From contig RDOB01000006.1 in the NCBI GenBank assembly GCA_011364965.1, positions 96,001 to 160,000 of the forward strand: 64,000 nucleotides of DNA, given 5' to 3'. The stretch comes from Candidatus Heimdallarchaeota archaeon (GTDB lineage Archaea > Asgardarchaeota > Heimdallarchaeia > Hodarchaeales > Hodarchaeaceae). Below are positions 39,826 through 48,996 of this stretch, piece after piece. The notes below the pieces were generated by a model. That model saw nothing but the letters and a program-made list of their open reading frames with translations, made no database searches and was not told the origin of the DNA. The translations under genes were made by a program, and so were the position numbers. Every line of letters begins with the position of its first letter. The stretch's first letter is position 1.

Positions 39826-42574
39826 ATCAATTTGCATATTCGTAATAATACTCTATGCTAGCATTATAAGTGTAACTCTCGGCGCTGCACCTGTGAATAC
39901 GTCTTCCTTAAATATTGAGAAAGCGTTCTCAGAATCTACTGGTAATGATATCCTGATTATAAGTGATCCAAGTAAATATGCTTTTTTTGGATGGTATAGA
40001 CCAACTTATTTTAGTGTTACAATATGGGAACTCTTAAATAGAACTGTACTGTGGGCTTCTAGCTATACTCAACCCAATGAGACAAAAATTGTGTTTTTCC
40101 AAGAAAGTAATGATACAAATGCAGCAGAAGTATATACATGGCTAATCAATGGAGGTTATTCCGCTGAGAATATCATATTACATCCCACATCAGATACTGC
40201 TACATTACTTTCTAATTATTATGATAATAGTGATTTGGTGCTCTATTGGAACACTTTTGGCTATGAATCAATGAATATTGTCAATTCAGGGATTCCTTTC
40301 ATTACAGTATCCGCTATGCAGACCGATGAGATGGGAATTGGCATTGGAAGTTCCACCAAAAGCGCATCCAACGATACATTTCATGTTGTTAATAACAAAT
40401 ACTATCCGACAGAAAATTATCCTTTAGGTCCCTTAATTTTTGATGATACATATCATTATGAAGCCACAGAAGCTTCAAGCGAGGGAAAAGTTCTGATTCA
40501 GGCGGAGGTGAAGAGTGTTGCTTCCCAGGTAGAAATCTCAATTTTTCAAAATATCGAGGTTTTAGAGAATGGGAGTGCATATATGAGTTATACAATTGTT
40601 GTTCCTGAATCCCCGTTAGCTACTCTCTTACGTCAGTCTTTTTTTTCCAATACATCATCTCTTGAACCTAATGTCGAGTATGATGTGCCAGATAATATAA
40701 CGGTTACTGATGAGACTACTCTGGAGAAGAATATTAAAACTGTAGCCTTAAAAGGGGATGTGAGCGATGGTGATGGCCAAGTTGATAAGGAGGATCTTGA
40801 GCTTATAGCGGGAAACATTGGTTCCATGATAGGTGATGATAACTGGAAAACTGATCTAGATCTAAACTGGGACGGAAAAATTGATGTAAAAGACCTCGCG
40901 ATCGCAGCACACAATTATGAGAAAACTGTCGAGGGTACAGGAAATTTATATATTGCAGGATACTATAACGGAACATTGATTAATTGTACAGATGTTTACT
41001 ATCGTGGACCAGAAGGATCAGCAAAAACGGATTTCTCAAAGTCGGGATTCATTTGGTATAATCTACCCCCTGGTAATTATACAATTTATGGATCCTATAA
41101 TGAGACTGAGAAGAGCACAAATGCCATAATTGAGCCGAGAAAGACGACTTTTGCTCAAATAAATTTCGGTGGGCAGCAACCACTCGCTGAACGAACAGAT
41201 CAGGCTCCAGTAAAGGAAGCTTTATACCAAGGAATTGCCTCGGAGCAACTGATTCTTCTAGGTTTTGACATGAATATAACTCAATCCAAAATAATCCCTT
41301 TTAGCTCTGCAAATGAAACTAGAATCTTACTAATGGCTAAATCAACTAATTTTGCGGAGTATATAGGTGGCTTGGATTGGAGAATCAATATTGGAGCCTG
41401 GAACGAAAGTGACAAAGCACTAGTGGCTGAGTTCATTTTCACAAAAATACAATATATGATGCTAATGCTTCAATCACTTCCAGGGGAACAGAAATATATA
41501 TCCAATTGGTCAATGAATATTAGTTTACCTGTTGGATACACCCTCTTTGATCAAAGTAAGCTCAACCAGCTGAATTGGACGATTGATTTTGGAGAGGGAA
41601 CAATTATCCAAGCCAATGTGACAGAGATTGCTGGAAATATCATTGTAGATGAAGTTTTGGTAGTAACTGAACGAAATATAACAGCAAATGAAACATACCT
41701 AGCAACCGCCTTAGGTCAATATAAAGTGTTTGCAATCAATTACTCTCATCCTTATATTCCCCCAAGTATTATGATGAAATCAATATGCAAACCAGGGGGG
41801 GATTGGTCGAAGACATGGAGTTATACAATAGCTCCTGCCCCTTGTGAAAAGACTTGGAGTATTGGTGGAACCGTGGGGTTAGATATTACAGTGAGAGCAA
41901 CTCCTGTATTAAGAATTCAATGGTTTATGGGGTGGGAAAGGAAATGGGAAAGGAAAGGATTTAAACTCCAATGGTTTGAATCTTGGATGAAAATTACTCC
42001 TTCAATAAAAGTAGAAACATCTTTAGGAGTAGGGGTTAGTTATAGCAAAGAGTGGACTTATAGACTATTAACGTTATCTAATAGATTCTATTTTTGGGCA
42101 GGAAGTGTACCAGTCTGGGCTAACTTACAATTATCGGTGGATGCAGGTATAATATTTGATGCATGGGGAAAAATTTCAGTTTCGACCTGGGTGTTGTTAG
42201 AAACAATGTATAAAGCTGGAGTTAGATGGGATGTAGCATCTGGTTGGAGCACAATATGGGATAGTGCTGTAAGCGTGAATCGTGGGACTCCCCAAATATC
42301 AGGATCAGCAGGATTAAGTGTAACTCCAAAAGCAACCTGTAGACTAGCATTCTTGATATATGATGTCGGGGGGCCTTTTGTTGCAGCTGTACCTTATGCA
42401 CCAATGGAGATAATTTATTATTCAAACCAACCTAATGAATGGTCTATCCAACTTAGATTCAAAATTGAAGCAGGAGTTACCCTCGCAGGCTGGATAAACA
42501 AAATACTCAACCTTTTATCCTATTCAAAAACAATTAAAGATTGGCTTCTGAAATCGTGGAGCGGTAATTGGTAA
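39806..42574 (+). CDS. Large secreted protein with internal dockerin domain
   Basis: Signal peptide; GDVSDGDGQVDKEDL...DLNWDGKIDVKDLAIAAHNY paired Ca-binding repeats; beta-rich C-terminus. Confidence 0.75.
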   Translation: MKNRKIRSICIFVIILYASIISVTLGAAPVNTSSLNIEKAFSESTGNDILIISDPSKYAFFGWYRPTYFSVTIWELLNRTVLWASSYTQPNETKIVFFQESNDTNAAEVYTWLINGGYSAENIILHPTSDTATLLSNYYDNSDLVLYWNTFGYESMNIVNSGIPFITVSAMQTDEMGIGIGSSTKSASNDTFHVVNNKYYPTENYPLGPLIFDDTYHYEATEASSEGKVLIQAEVKSVASQVEISIFQNIEVLENGSAYMSYTIVVPESPLATLLRQSFFSNTSSLEPNVEYDVPDNITVTDETTLEKNIKTVALKGDVSDGDGQVDKEDLELIAGNIGSMIGDDNWKTDLDLNWDGKIDVKDLAIAAHNYEKTVEGTGNLYIAGYYNGTLINCTDVYYRGPEGSAKTDFSKSGFIWYNLPPGNYTIYGSYNETEKSTNAIIEPRKTTFAQINFGGQQPLAERTDQAPVKEALYQGIASEQLILLGFDMNITQSKIIPFSSANETRILLMAKSTNFAEYIGGLDWRINIGAWNESDKALVAEFIFTKIQYMMLMLQSLPGEQKYISNWSMNISLPVGYTLFDQSKLNQLNWTIDFGEGTIIQANVTEIAGNIIVDEVLVVTERNITANETYLATALGQYKVFAINYSHPYIPPSIMMKSICKPGGDWSKTWSYTIAPAPCEKTWSIGGTVGLDITVRATPVLRIQWFMGWERKWERKGFKLQWFESWMKITPSIKVETSLGVGVSYSKEWTYRLLTLSNRFYFWAGSVPVWANLQLSVDAGIIFDAWGKISVSTWVLLETMYKAGVRWDVASGWSTIWDSAVSVNRGTPQISGSAGLSVTPKATCRLAFLIYDVGGPFVAAVPYAPMEIIYYSNQPNEWSIQLRFKIEAGVTLAGWINKILNLLSYSKTIKDWLLKSWSGNW

Positions 42575-42605
42575 TGTTCTCTATCCATAATACATTGATT
42601 GCATC

Positions 42606-43760
42606 TCACTCCTCGTGAGAAATAGAGGAAGAAGAATTCCGAGGTTTAATCCCTTTCTTCTTTTCCCAGAGTGTACGTAGCAGTAGTATTAGGCTTCCAG
42701 CGGAAACAATACTACCAACGGGCCAGTAGAGTACCTCAATAGAATATCGATGATCATCTTTTATCTTATAAAATCTGAAACCTATAAATCTATCAGGAGC
42801 ATGATAAGGGAAAGAATCATATTCTAAAGGAAAAACAAGAAGATTTCTATTATATGGTACTCCAGATAATGTCCAATTAGTAAAAATAAAAAGTGGTTCA
42901 GTTTTTTGTATCTCTCCTCGAGATAAACGGTAATCAGGTTGCTCTAATCCATTTATAATGTTTACTGATTTGGTGATAGAACGTTTTTGTAGATTATAAC
43001 CCAAAAAATTGGATCTGGAAGAAAGGATTCGCGTATTTGGGTCAGATTCATACCAAAAAATGCCATCTATGTCAAGATAGAGAAAATTGGAATCGAGTCT
43101 AGCCAGATTTACTGTGTTGATTAGAGTCAAAGTTTGGATATCATAAGCTAATATGTTGATAAAGTCATTCTCGGAATTATAATAATCCCATCCAATCTCT
43201 AAAAGCCAAAGGATTTGGTTTTGAATTCCAAAAACCGCGCGGTAATATTCATTCAGCTCTGTTAAAAGACTAACATTCGTAACACTAATTGTTTGATTTG
43301 AAATGACACCTTGATCTTTCGAAAAGCATATTAATTGCTGAGAGGAAGCTAACCATGAGTCAGATTTTTCCAAGGTCCAAAAATATGTGTTATTCAATAT
43401 CAATCCTAGATAAGTTTTATTAGGGTTAAGAGGAAGGGAATAAATCCCATAATCATCAACACTTGAATATAATTCGGTGAAATTCACTTCAAGTAAGTTC
43501 CATGGAGAGGGATTATCAATAAAGTGAACGAAATCATAGAAGCTGTTTTTATTAATGAAACCACTGTCATAACGGAAAGAATGGTCTAAGGTAACGTTAA
43601 GTGGATCAAGAAAGAGGAGATCAGAAGGATGTGATTCCTCAACAAGAAATAATGACCCAAAACGAGCATTACGATCCAGAACTATGAAAAAACTGATCTG
43701 AGATATAAGAAGAAGGCCAATACTAGCAATTGCCCAGAGAATAAGCTTTGAATTTGTCAT
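42606..43760 (-). CDS. Hypothetical extracellular protein with N- and C-terminal TM
   Basis: N-terminal hydrophobic helix; C-terminal TM plus KKK. Confidence 0.65.
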   Translation of the reverse strand: MTNSKLILWAIASIGLLLISQISFFIVLDRNARFGSLFLVEESHPSDLLFLDPLNVTLDHSFRYDSGFINKNSFYDFVHFIDNPSPWNLLEVNFTELYSSVDDYGIYSLPLNPNKTYLGLILNNTYFWTLEKSDSWLASSQQLICFSKDQGVISNQTISVTNVSLLTELNEYYRAVFGIQNQILWLLEIGWDYYNSENDFINILAYDIQTLTLINTVNLARLDSNFLYLDIDGIFWYESDPNTRILSSRSNFLGYNLQKRSITKSVNIINGLEQPDYRLSRGEIQKTEPLFIFTNWTLSGVPYNRNLLVFPLEYDSFPYHAPDRFIGFRFYKIKDDHRYSIEVLYWPVGSIVSAGSLILLLRTLWEKKKGIKPRNSSSSISHEE

Positions 43761-43885
43761 TCAACATTACCAGGGAGGAACAAAAACATGATGAAATGAA
43801 ATTTTAAATTAATAAACTATTTGATTGTAGAAAAAGCGTTTCTTTTTGAAAATAAAAAGACATATTAGGCAGTAAATATACAGTA

Positions 43886-45361
43886 TTAACGCAAATCATG
43901 GTTGGGGACGTATGTATCATTAAGAGAAAGAGCGAATCGGAAATAATCAACGGGTGTGAAGATTTTGTAATAGAACTTCACACTATACTCTTTCTTGACC
44001 TTATCTACTTTTCTAGCAAATGGTTTGATCCATTTGTTTGGCATCTTCAGGTAACCAAAATAATAATAGGGTGATTCGCGATCCTGCAAAAAAATATCAC
44101 ATTTTGGGAACGAGAGGAAATGTTGAGGCCAATGAATGTCTTTTGTCTCGGTTGAAACAAATAGAAATACTGAGAGATCAAGGCCAATATTGAAGAATTG
44201 ATGTGTTTTTAAAAGTAAGCTAGATTTATCATACTCATCGAGGCGTGTGGAGATTTGAGGAACCGAAACATTAATAGTTTTGCTTAGATCCTTTAAATTC
44301 CGAAAGCTCCCCTCAATGGTTAGAAAATCAAGAATCTTGATATCAGCAGGGGTTAATGGTCGAAAGGGATTAAATGTTGGCTCTAGGGACTGAGAAATAT
44401 CGGGGGAAGGAGTGATGATTTCCACTGTAGGGGTTGCATGAAGGAAGGAAGGAGCAATCTGCCATTGATCCTCACCAGGGGAAAGGTTTGTTAAGTTCCA
44501 AGATTGTGTACGGTTCAACATGGGCTGAAAGACTGTATTTTTCATTTGATCTTGAAGTGAAATGAATACATTCGTTTCATGATACGGAAGTTGTACTATA
44601 CTGAAAGTTGCCATAGTTAAATCGATTGAAAGAAGTAAATATTTCATAAATTCCTTGGGGAATGGGTTCTGATGTATCAGCAGGAACGTTTCATACCCCA
44701 GTCGTCCCATATCTAGCGTGAAATCCGACTGAACAAGCTGCATCAACTGAATTACGTTCATGCGACGCTGAAGAGTTCGGAGGGAGATCCCAATGTCATC
44801 TGCAGCGGTAGATTGAATTAATTTAAATTGCTTTATTGCTGAAGTGTCCATCAGGGAACCCTGATAAGATTTTAGGATTGCAATATCCACAGTATCAAGC
44901 GGAACAGAAAAATTTGTCAGAATGGGAAAGAGGAACTCAAACAGATCCTCACAAGTAGGTTGGATTTCTTTCGTCAAAATCCTATTGATAAAATATGTAA
45001 TTAGATTCCTCTGATGGTAGCAAATTTCATACGTAATTAGATTGAGTGGAAAAAGGATATTTCCCCTTTTCTGGAAATTTATGGCTATAGAAGAGTAGGA
45101 TTTTAACCAAGCCTTATTGAGAGTAAGGTAACCCTTATTTTTGTGCGTTTCAAAAAACGGATAGATGTGAGAATCTAATATCGTTTTAGAAAAGTTCAGG
45201 GCATCAGCTAAATCATAGTTTTTAGCTTCGTGATGAATATAGTCCCAAATATTGAGAAAATCAAGTACAATCTCCTCAATGTGATAGACACTGGATTTTT
45301 GTCGGAGAATTTCGACTCCAGTAAGTGTCTGACTTTTTGGTGGCATCACGTGTGAATGCAT
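43886..45361 (-). CDS. Tandem Lrp/AsnC-like transcriptional regulator, paralog of 9844-11286
   Basis: LDTVDIAIL...AADDIGISLRTLQRRM...LDMGRLGY; LTPADIKIL...KDLSKTINVSVPQISTRL...FFNIGLD. Confidence 0.78.
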   Translation of the reverse strand: MHSHVMPPKSQTLTGVEILRQKSSVYHIEEIVLDFLNIWDYIHHEAKNYDLADALNFSKTILDSHIYPFFETHKNKGYLTLNKAWLKSYSSIAINFQKRGNILFPLNLITYEICYHQRNLITYFINRILTKEIQPTCEDLFEFLFPILTNFSVPLDTVDIAILKSYQGSLMDTSAIKQFKLIQSTAADDIGISLRTLQRRMNVIQLMQLVQSDFTLDMGRLGYETFLLIHQNPFPKEFMKYLLLSIDLTMATFSIVQLPYHETNVFISLQDQMKNTVFQPMLNRTQSWNLTNLSPGEDQWQIAPSFLHATPTVEIITPSPDISQSLEPTFNPFRPLTPADIKILDFLTIEGSFRNLKDLSKTINVSVPQISTRLDEYDKSSLLLKTHQFFNIGLDLSVFLFVSTETKDIHWPQHFLSFPKCDIFLQDRESPYYYFGYLKMPNKWIKPFARKVDKVKKEYSVKFYYKIFTPVDYFRFALSLNDTYVPNHDLR

Positions 45362-45416
45362 TGCAAGTCACTTGGAGGGATATGATTTTTAAAGCTACCT
45401 AGAGAAATCATCCGAG

Positions 45417-45453
45417 TGACCCGATAATTTGTTAGGAAAAAAATGTCGGGTCA
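45417..45453. promoter_or_regulatory. Inverted repeat between regulator 2 and pre-peptide 2 (candidate operator)
   Basis: TGACCCGATA-N17-TGTCGGGTCA (9/10 match); additional palindrome GACTTAAGTC at 45482-45491. Confidence 0.5.
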
Positions 45454-45509
45454 ACACAAGAAAAAAACCAAAATACAAAACGACTTAAGTCATAAGAGTT
45501 GAAAAAAAG

Positions 45510-45662
45510 ATGGAACGTAAATTAAGAAACCGAGTAAGCACACTTGATATTCAAATAATATTGATGAAATTATTACCATGGATATTCTTCCTCTTATTAT
45601 TAGTAGCATCCTCTTCCTTAGGTATTGCAACTGGTGATCCTAAGAGACCAGCAGTAGATTAG
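45510..45662 (+). CDS. Small secreted pre-peptide 2 (50 aa), candidate signalling peptide; not in the ORF track
   Basis: MERKLRNRVSTLDIQIILMKLLPWIFFLLLLVASSSLGIATGDPKRPAVD*; ungapped similarity to pre-peptide 1. Confidence 0.75.
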   Translation: MERKLRNRVSTLDIQIILMKLLPWIFFLLLLVASSSLGIATGDPKRPAVD

Positions 45663-45992
45663 GCAAAAAGTCATTTGAACTTTAAAACTAGTCTAAAGAG
45701 GATACTCTGCAAGAGGTGCATCTCTGGGTATTCATTGTTCGCATTCGCCCCGAATTAGAATAGCAGGGTGAATACTAGAATAACTATATACTGTAATAAA
45801 GGGATCAACGCCTCGGGAGTTTCCCAAATAAAATCAGAGAGAGGAGACTCCACAATCATTTTTCTTATGTTGAATTCCTTGCCATTAGGAGTTCAATTGA
45901 AATAAATATTTCTTTCTGAAGTAATTTCAATCTCAAGTTTTAAATAAGGTGATAAAAGCTATCATTCAAACATAAGATAAAAAACATTAAAC

Positions 45993-46379
45993 ATGTTATT
46001 TAAACAAATACAAGGTGAAAAAATGTCTGGACAAAAAATGCGAGAAGAAGTAATTATGGTTTCAACAACGGATGAAATTCCAGGATATGAGATTGTAGAA
46101 TATCTCGGAATTGTTTTTGGAATTACAGTGAGATCCCGAGGTGTGGGTGGAAGATGCATTGGTGGCTGTGAGGCTTGTTTTGGCGGTGAAATAACAGCTT
46201 ATACCCAAAGTGCAATTGAAGCACGTAATGATGCTATCAACCGCTTATGCTATCAAGTTCAGCAAATTGGGGGTAACGCAGTACTTGGTGTTAAATTTGA
46301 TAGCTCACGATCTGGACAAGACTCTTCGATGACAGATATTGTGGCATATGGTACTGCAGTACGTGTTCGATCCAAATAA
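45993..46379 (+). CDS. YbjQ/UPF0145 family protein
   Basis: TTDEIPGYEIVEYLGIVFG, GGEITAY, GGNAVLGVKFD, AYGTAV. Confidence 0.92.
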   Translation: MLFKQIQGEKMSGQKMREEVIMVSTTDEIPGYEIVEYLGIVFGITVRSRGVGGRCIGGCEACFGGEITAYTQSAIEARNDAINRLCYQVQQIGGNAVLGVKFDSSRSGQDSSMTDIVAYGTAVRVRSK

Positions 46380-46412
46380 GGAATAACTAAAGCAAACTAC
46401 TGGGTTCTAGGA

Positions 46413-47078
46413 GTGTTATCTCAAAACAGATTTATTAAATCTCTTCCTTTAAAAAAACGAATTTTCTTCTTTAAACGGTACTTAGAGTTAATACTTCCAA
46501 CCCATTTTGCTCATCATCCTTTATGTGATAATTTTAAACAAGAAATTCTCTCCTTAAAGATTTTAACTAAAAATTTTTACATTTGTAGAGGTTGCTTTTG
46601 GGTATTTCTTTCAATGATTCTTAGTTTCTCGGTTTTAATTATAATGAATCCTTTCAGGAATCAAACAGCCATAGAAAAATTTATAATAGTAATTTTAGTC
46701 TCATCTCCAACTTGGATTGGAGTCCTATTTTCATTTAAATATCGGATTTGGAAAGATCTTCTTAGAATATCGCTTGGTACCGGTTTTGGTATAGCTTTGG
46801 GGGAATTAATCCTTACTCCAAATTTTTTTCTTAAGATTCTCATCGCTGGATTTATTTTTGTCTTCATCTGGACCTTTTCTTATTTTAGAAAACGTTTTTC
46901 GAGGGGAAAAAGTCAAATAATATGTCTTGACTGTGAAAAGATGAATACTGGCATTTGTGAGGGATTTAAACAACAGATAGATGCCCAACGACAATATAGC
47001 CAAGAACTAAGTAATTATATCCAAGAAAATTCTTCATGGGTAGATATTAAACAAAAATTAAGCAGAAAAAGATACTAA
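46413..47078 (+). CDS. Membrane protein with Cys/His motifs (DUF2085-like)
   Basis: FAHHPLC, ICRGC, 4 TM, CLDC..C. Confidence 0.6.
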   Translation: MLSQNRFIKSLPLKKRIFFFKRYLELILPTHFAHHPLCDNFKQEILSLKILTKNFYICRGCFWVFLSMILSFSVLIIMNPFRNQTAIEKFIIVILVSSPTWIGVLFSFKYRIWKDLLRISLGTGFGIALGELILTPNFFLKILIAGFIFVFIWTFSYFRKRFSRGKSQIICLDCEKMNTGICEGFKQQIDAQRQYSQELSNYIQENSSWVDIKQKLSRKRY

Positions 47079-47198
47079 AGTTAAATGGTAATCAAAACCA
47101 TGGTGATATAGAGATAAATCATCAACTCAGGTTATGATCAATTTAGTAATAATCAGATTCACTAAACTAGTTAATAACACCTAAGGCTAGAAAAGCAG

Positions 47199-48374
47199 AT
47201 GAATAATGTCCATATTTCTCAGCAAAACCGGTTCTACCTACTAGCAGTAGATCTTTTGAAGGGGATCGCAATTTTCCCCATGATCTTTGGCCATAGTATT
47301 GGTTGGTGGGACTTGAGTATATCCAAAAGTTATGATACATCAGGGGATTTCGTGATAATCATAATTTGGATCACAGGCTTGCTGGTGTTTCCCTGCTTCC
47401 TTTATCTCTACGGTTTTAACCAAGTTAACTCATTTCTCAGAAAAAAATTAGATATATCATATTCTCAAAATATTCGGGGGAATTCCATAAAACGAGTCGC
47501 CATATTTTTCTTATTCGCTTCAATTACTCTAGCGATAATGGCTTTGATTAAAGCTCCTGGAAAATTATTGAATTATCTCCTCACATGGCATTTATTTCAC
47601 CTCTTCGCGTTTTCTACACTCTTCCTCCTCGTTTTGTGGGAGCTCGCTTCATGGGTTGAAAAAAAAGGAAGTGCTTATTGGAGTTATATCCAAATTTACA
47701 CAATTCTTTTAATGCTTTGTTTTGGAATTATTCTCCTTCTTTTTATTTACTTCCATGATTATACGATTGCAAGAGAATCCTCTAGATTGTTTCCAGTATC
47801 ATTGGAGATAAAAACGATTCTAGAAAATATTCTTCTTGATGTTTCCTCCTGTGGCATAATTCCATGGCTTTCTTTCCCACTAGCAGGTGGAATTACTGCT
47901 TCACTTCTCAATTTGCCTTCATCCTCCATAAAAAATACTTTCCAAAAGTCCAAAGTCCTTCTTCTAACCGATTCTACCTTTTTAATTTTTGGAATATTGA
48001 GTTTAAGGACAGAGAGGTTTGTTTCAGCTGGTTTAGGATATGCGTCCACTTTTCCGCATGTTTTTATTTCAATCGGATTAATCGGATGGATCTTTGTAGT
48101 ATTAATCTTAGTACTTGATATTTCTCAAAAAATACCTCGTATAAATAGTTACAGGCTATTTTATCCGATTCTTGTTGTCAGTAAGATCTCCCTTACAGTC
48201 TATTTGATCCATCCGGTTGTTGGGGTCTTTGATCCTACACTCATCTCCTCAAAGCCAGTGTTGTTATTGCTTGTCTCAATCTACAGTTTCTTTTTCATAA
48301 TATTAGCTCATTTCTGGCAAAAGCGGGATTTCAAGTATAGTTTGGAATGGATTGTACGAAAAGTCACTGAGTAA
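47199..48374 (+). CDS. Membrane acyltransferase-like protein (DUF1624/HGSNAT-like)
   Basis: AVDLLKGIAIFPMIFGH, IIPWL, SLTVYLIH, YSLEW. Confidence 0.7.
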   Translation: MNNVHISQQNRFYLLAVDLLKGIAIFPMIFGHSIGWWDLSISKSYDTSGDFVIIIIWITGLLVFPCFLYLYGFNQVNSFLRKKLDISYSQNIRGNSIKRVAIFFLFASITLAIMALIKAPGKLLNYLLTWHLFHLFAFSTLFLLVLWELASWVEKKGSAYWSYIQIYTILLMLCFGIILLLFIYFHDYTIARESSRLFPVSLEIKTILENILLDVSSCGIIPWLSFPLAGGITASLLNLPSSSIKNTFQKSKVLLLTDSTFLIFGILSLRTERFVSAGLGYASTFPHVFISIGLIGWIFVVLILVLDISQKIPRINSYRLFYPILVVSKISLTVYLIHPVVGVFDPTLISSKPVLLLLVSIYSFFFIILAHFWQKRDFKYSLEWIVRKVTE

Positions 48375-48648
48375 ATAATAACATTGCTGGTTTGAAGATT
48401 GCTATACTGGATGCATATACATTCGCAACTTGTGGCTATACTGAGTTTTATGCTGACCAATTGTTGGATTAGAAAACATAAAGAACAGTGGATGATTCTT
48501 ATCAAAGCGAAACATGATTTTTGATATTGGTAAAAGAAGTCATTTGTCCTGTAAATATCGGAAGATATCTAGATTAAAATGCTTTATTCGATGCAATAAG
48601 GTGCTAGCATGGAGCTAACAATTTCTTTCAAACACTCTTTGAGCAGTA

Positions 48649-48984
48649 TTAAGCTACCTTAAGGCCATTTGTTACTCTTCTATCAGGTTGAAGTAATACT
48701 ACATCTACTTTGTTTTCCAGTATTACACCTAATATTAACACTTCAGACTTAAAATTAGCAATTAATTTTGGGGGAAAGTTAATTACAGCTATTACTTGAC
48801 GATTGATCAGATCTTTTTTATTTTTATACAATGATGTAATTTGAGCTGATGATCTTCTTACCCCTAGCGGTCCAAAATCAATTTTTAGTTGATATGACGG
48901 TTTAATTGCAGCAGGAAAGTCCAGTACCTCAATAATTGTACCAACACGAATGTCAACTTTCTTAAAATCGTTCCAATTTATCAT
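48649..48984 (-). CDS. csaA: CsaA/Trbp111 tRNA-binding protein / export chaperone
   Basis: DFKKVDIRVGTI, IDFGPLGVRRSSAQIT, NFPPKLIANFKSEVLILG. Confidence 0.88.
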   Translation of the reverse strand: MINWNDFKKVDIRVGTIIEVLDFPAAIKPSYQLKIDFGPLGVRRSSAQITSLYKNKKDLINRQVIAVINFPPKLIANFKSEVLILGVILENKVDVVLLQPDRRVTNGLKVA

Positions 48985-48996
48985 AAAAAATTACTC

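Noticed and set aside
45674-45757. 27-codon TTG ORF with CxxC after peptide 2
   Set aside because: Very short, no counterpart at locus 1, and it overlaps the predicted hairpins; cannot be supported.
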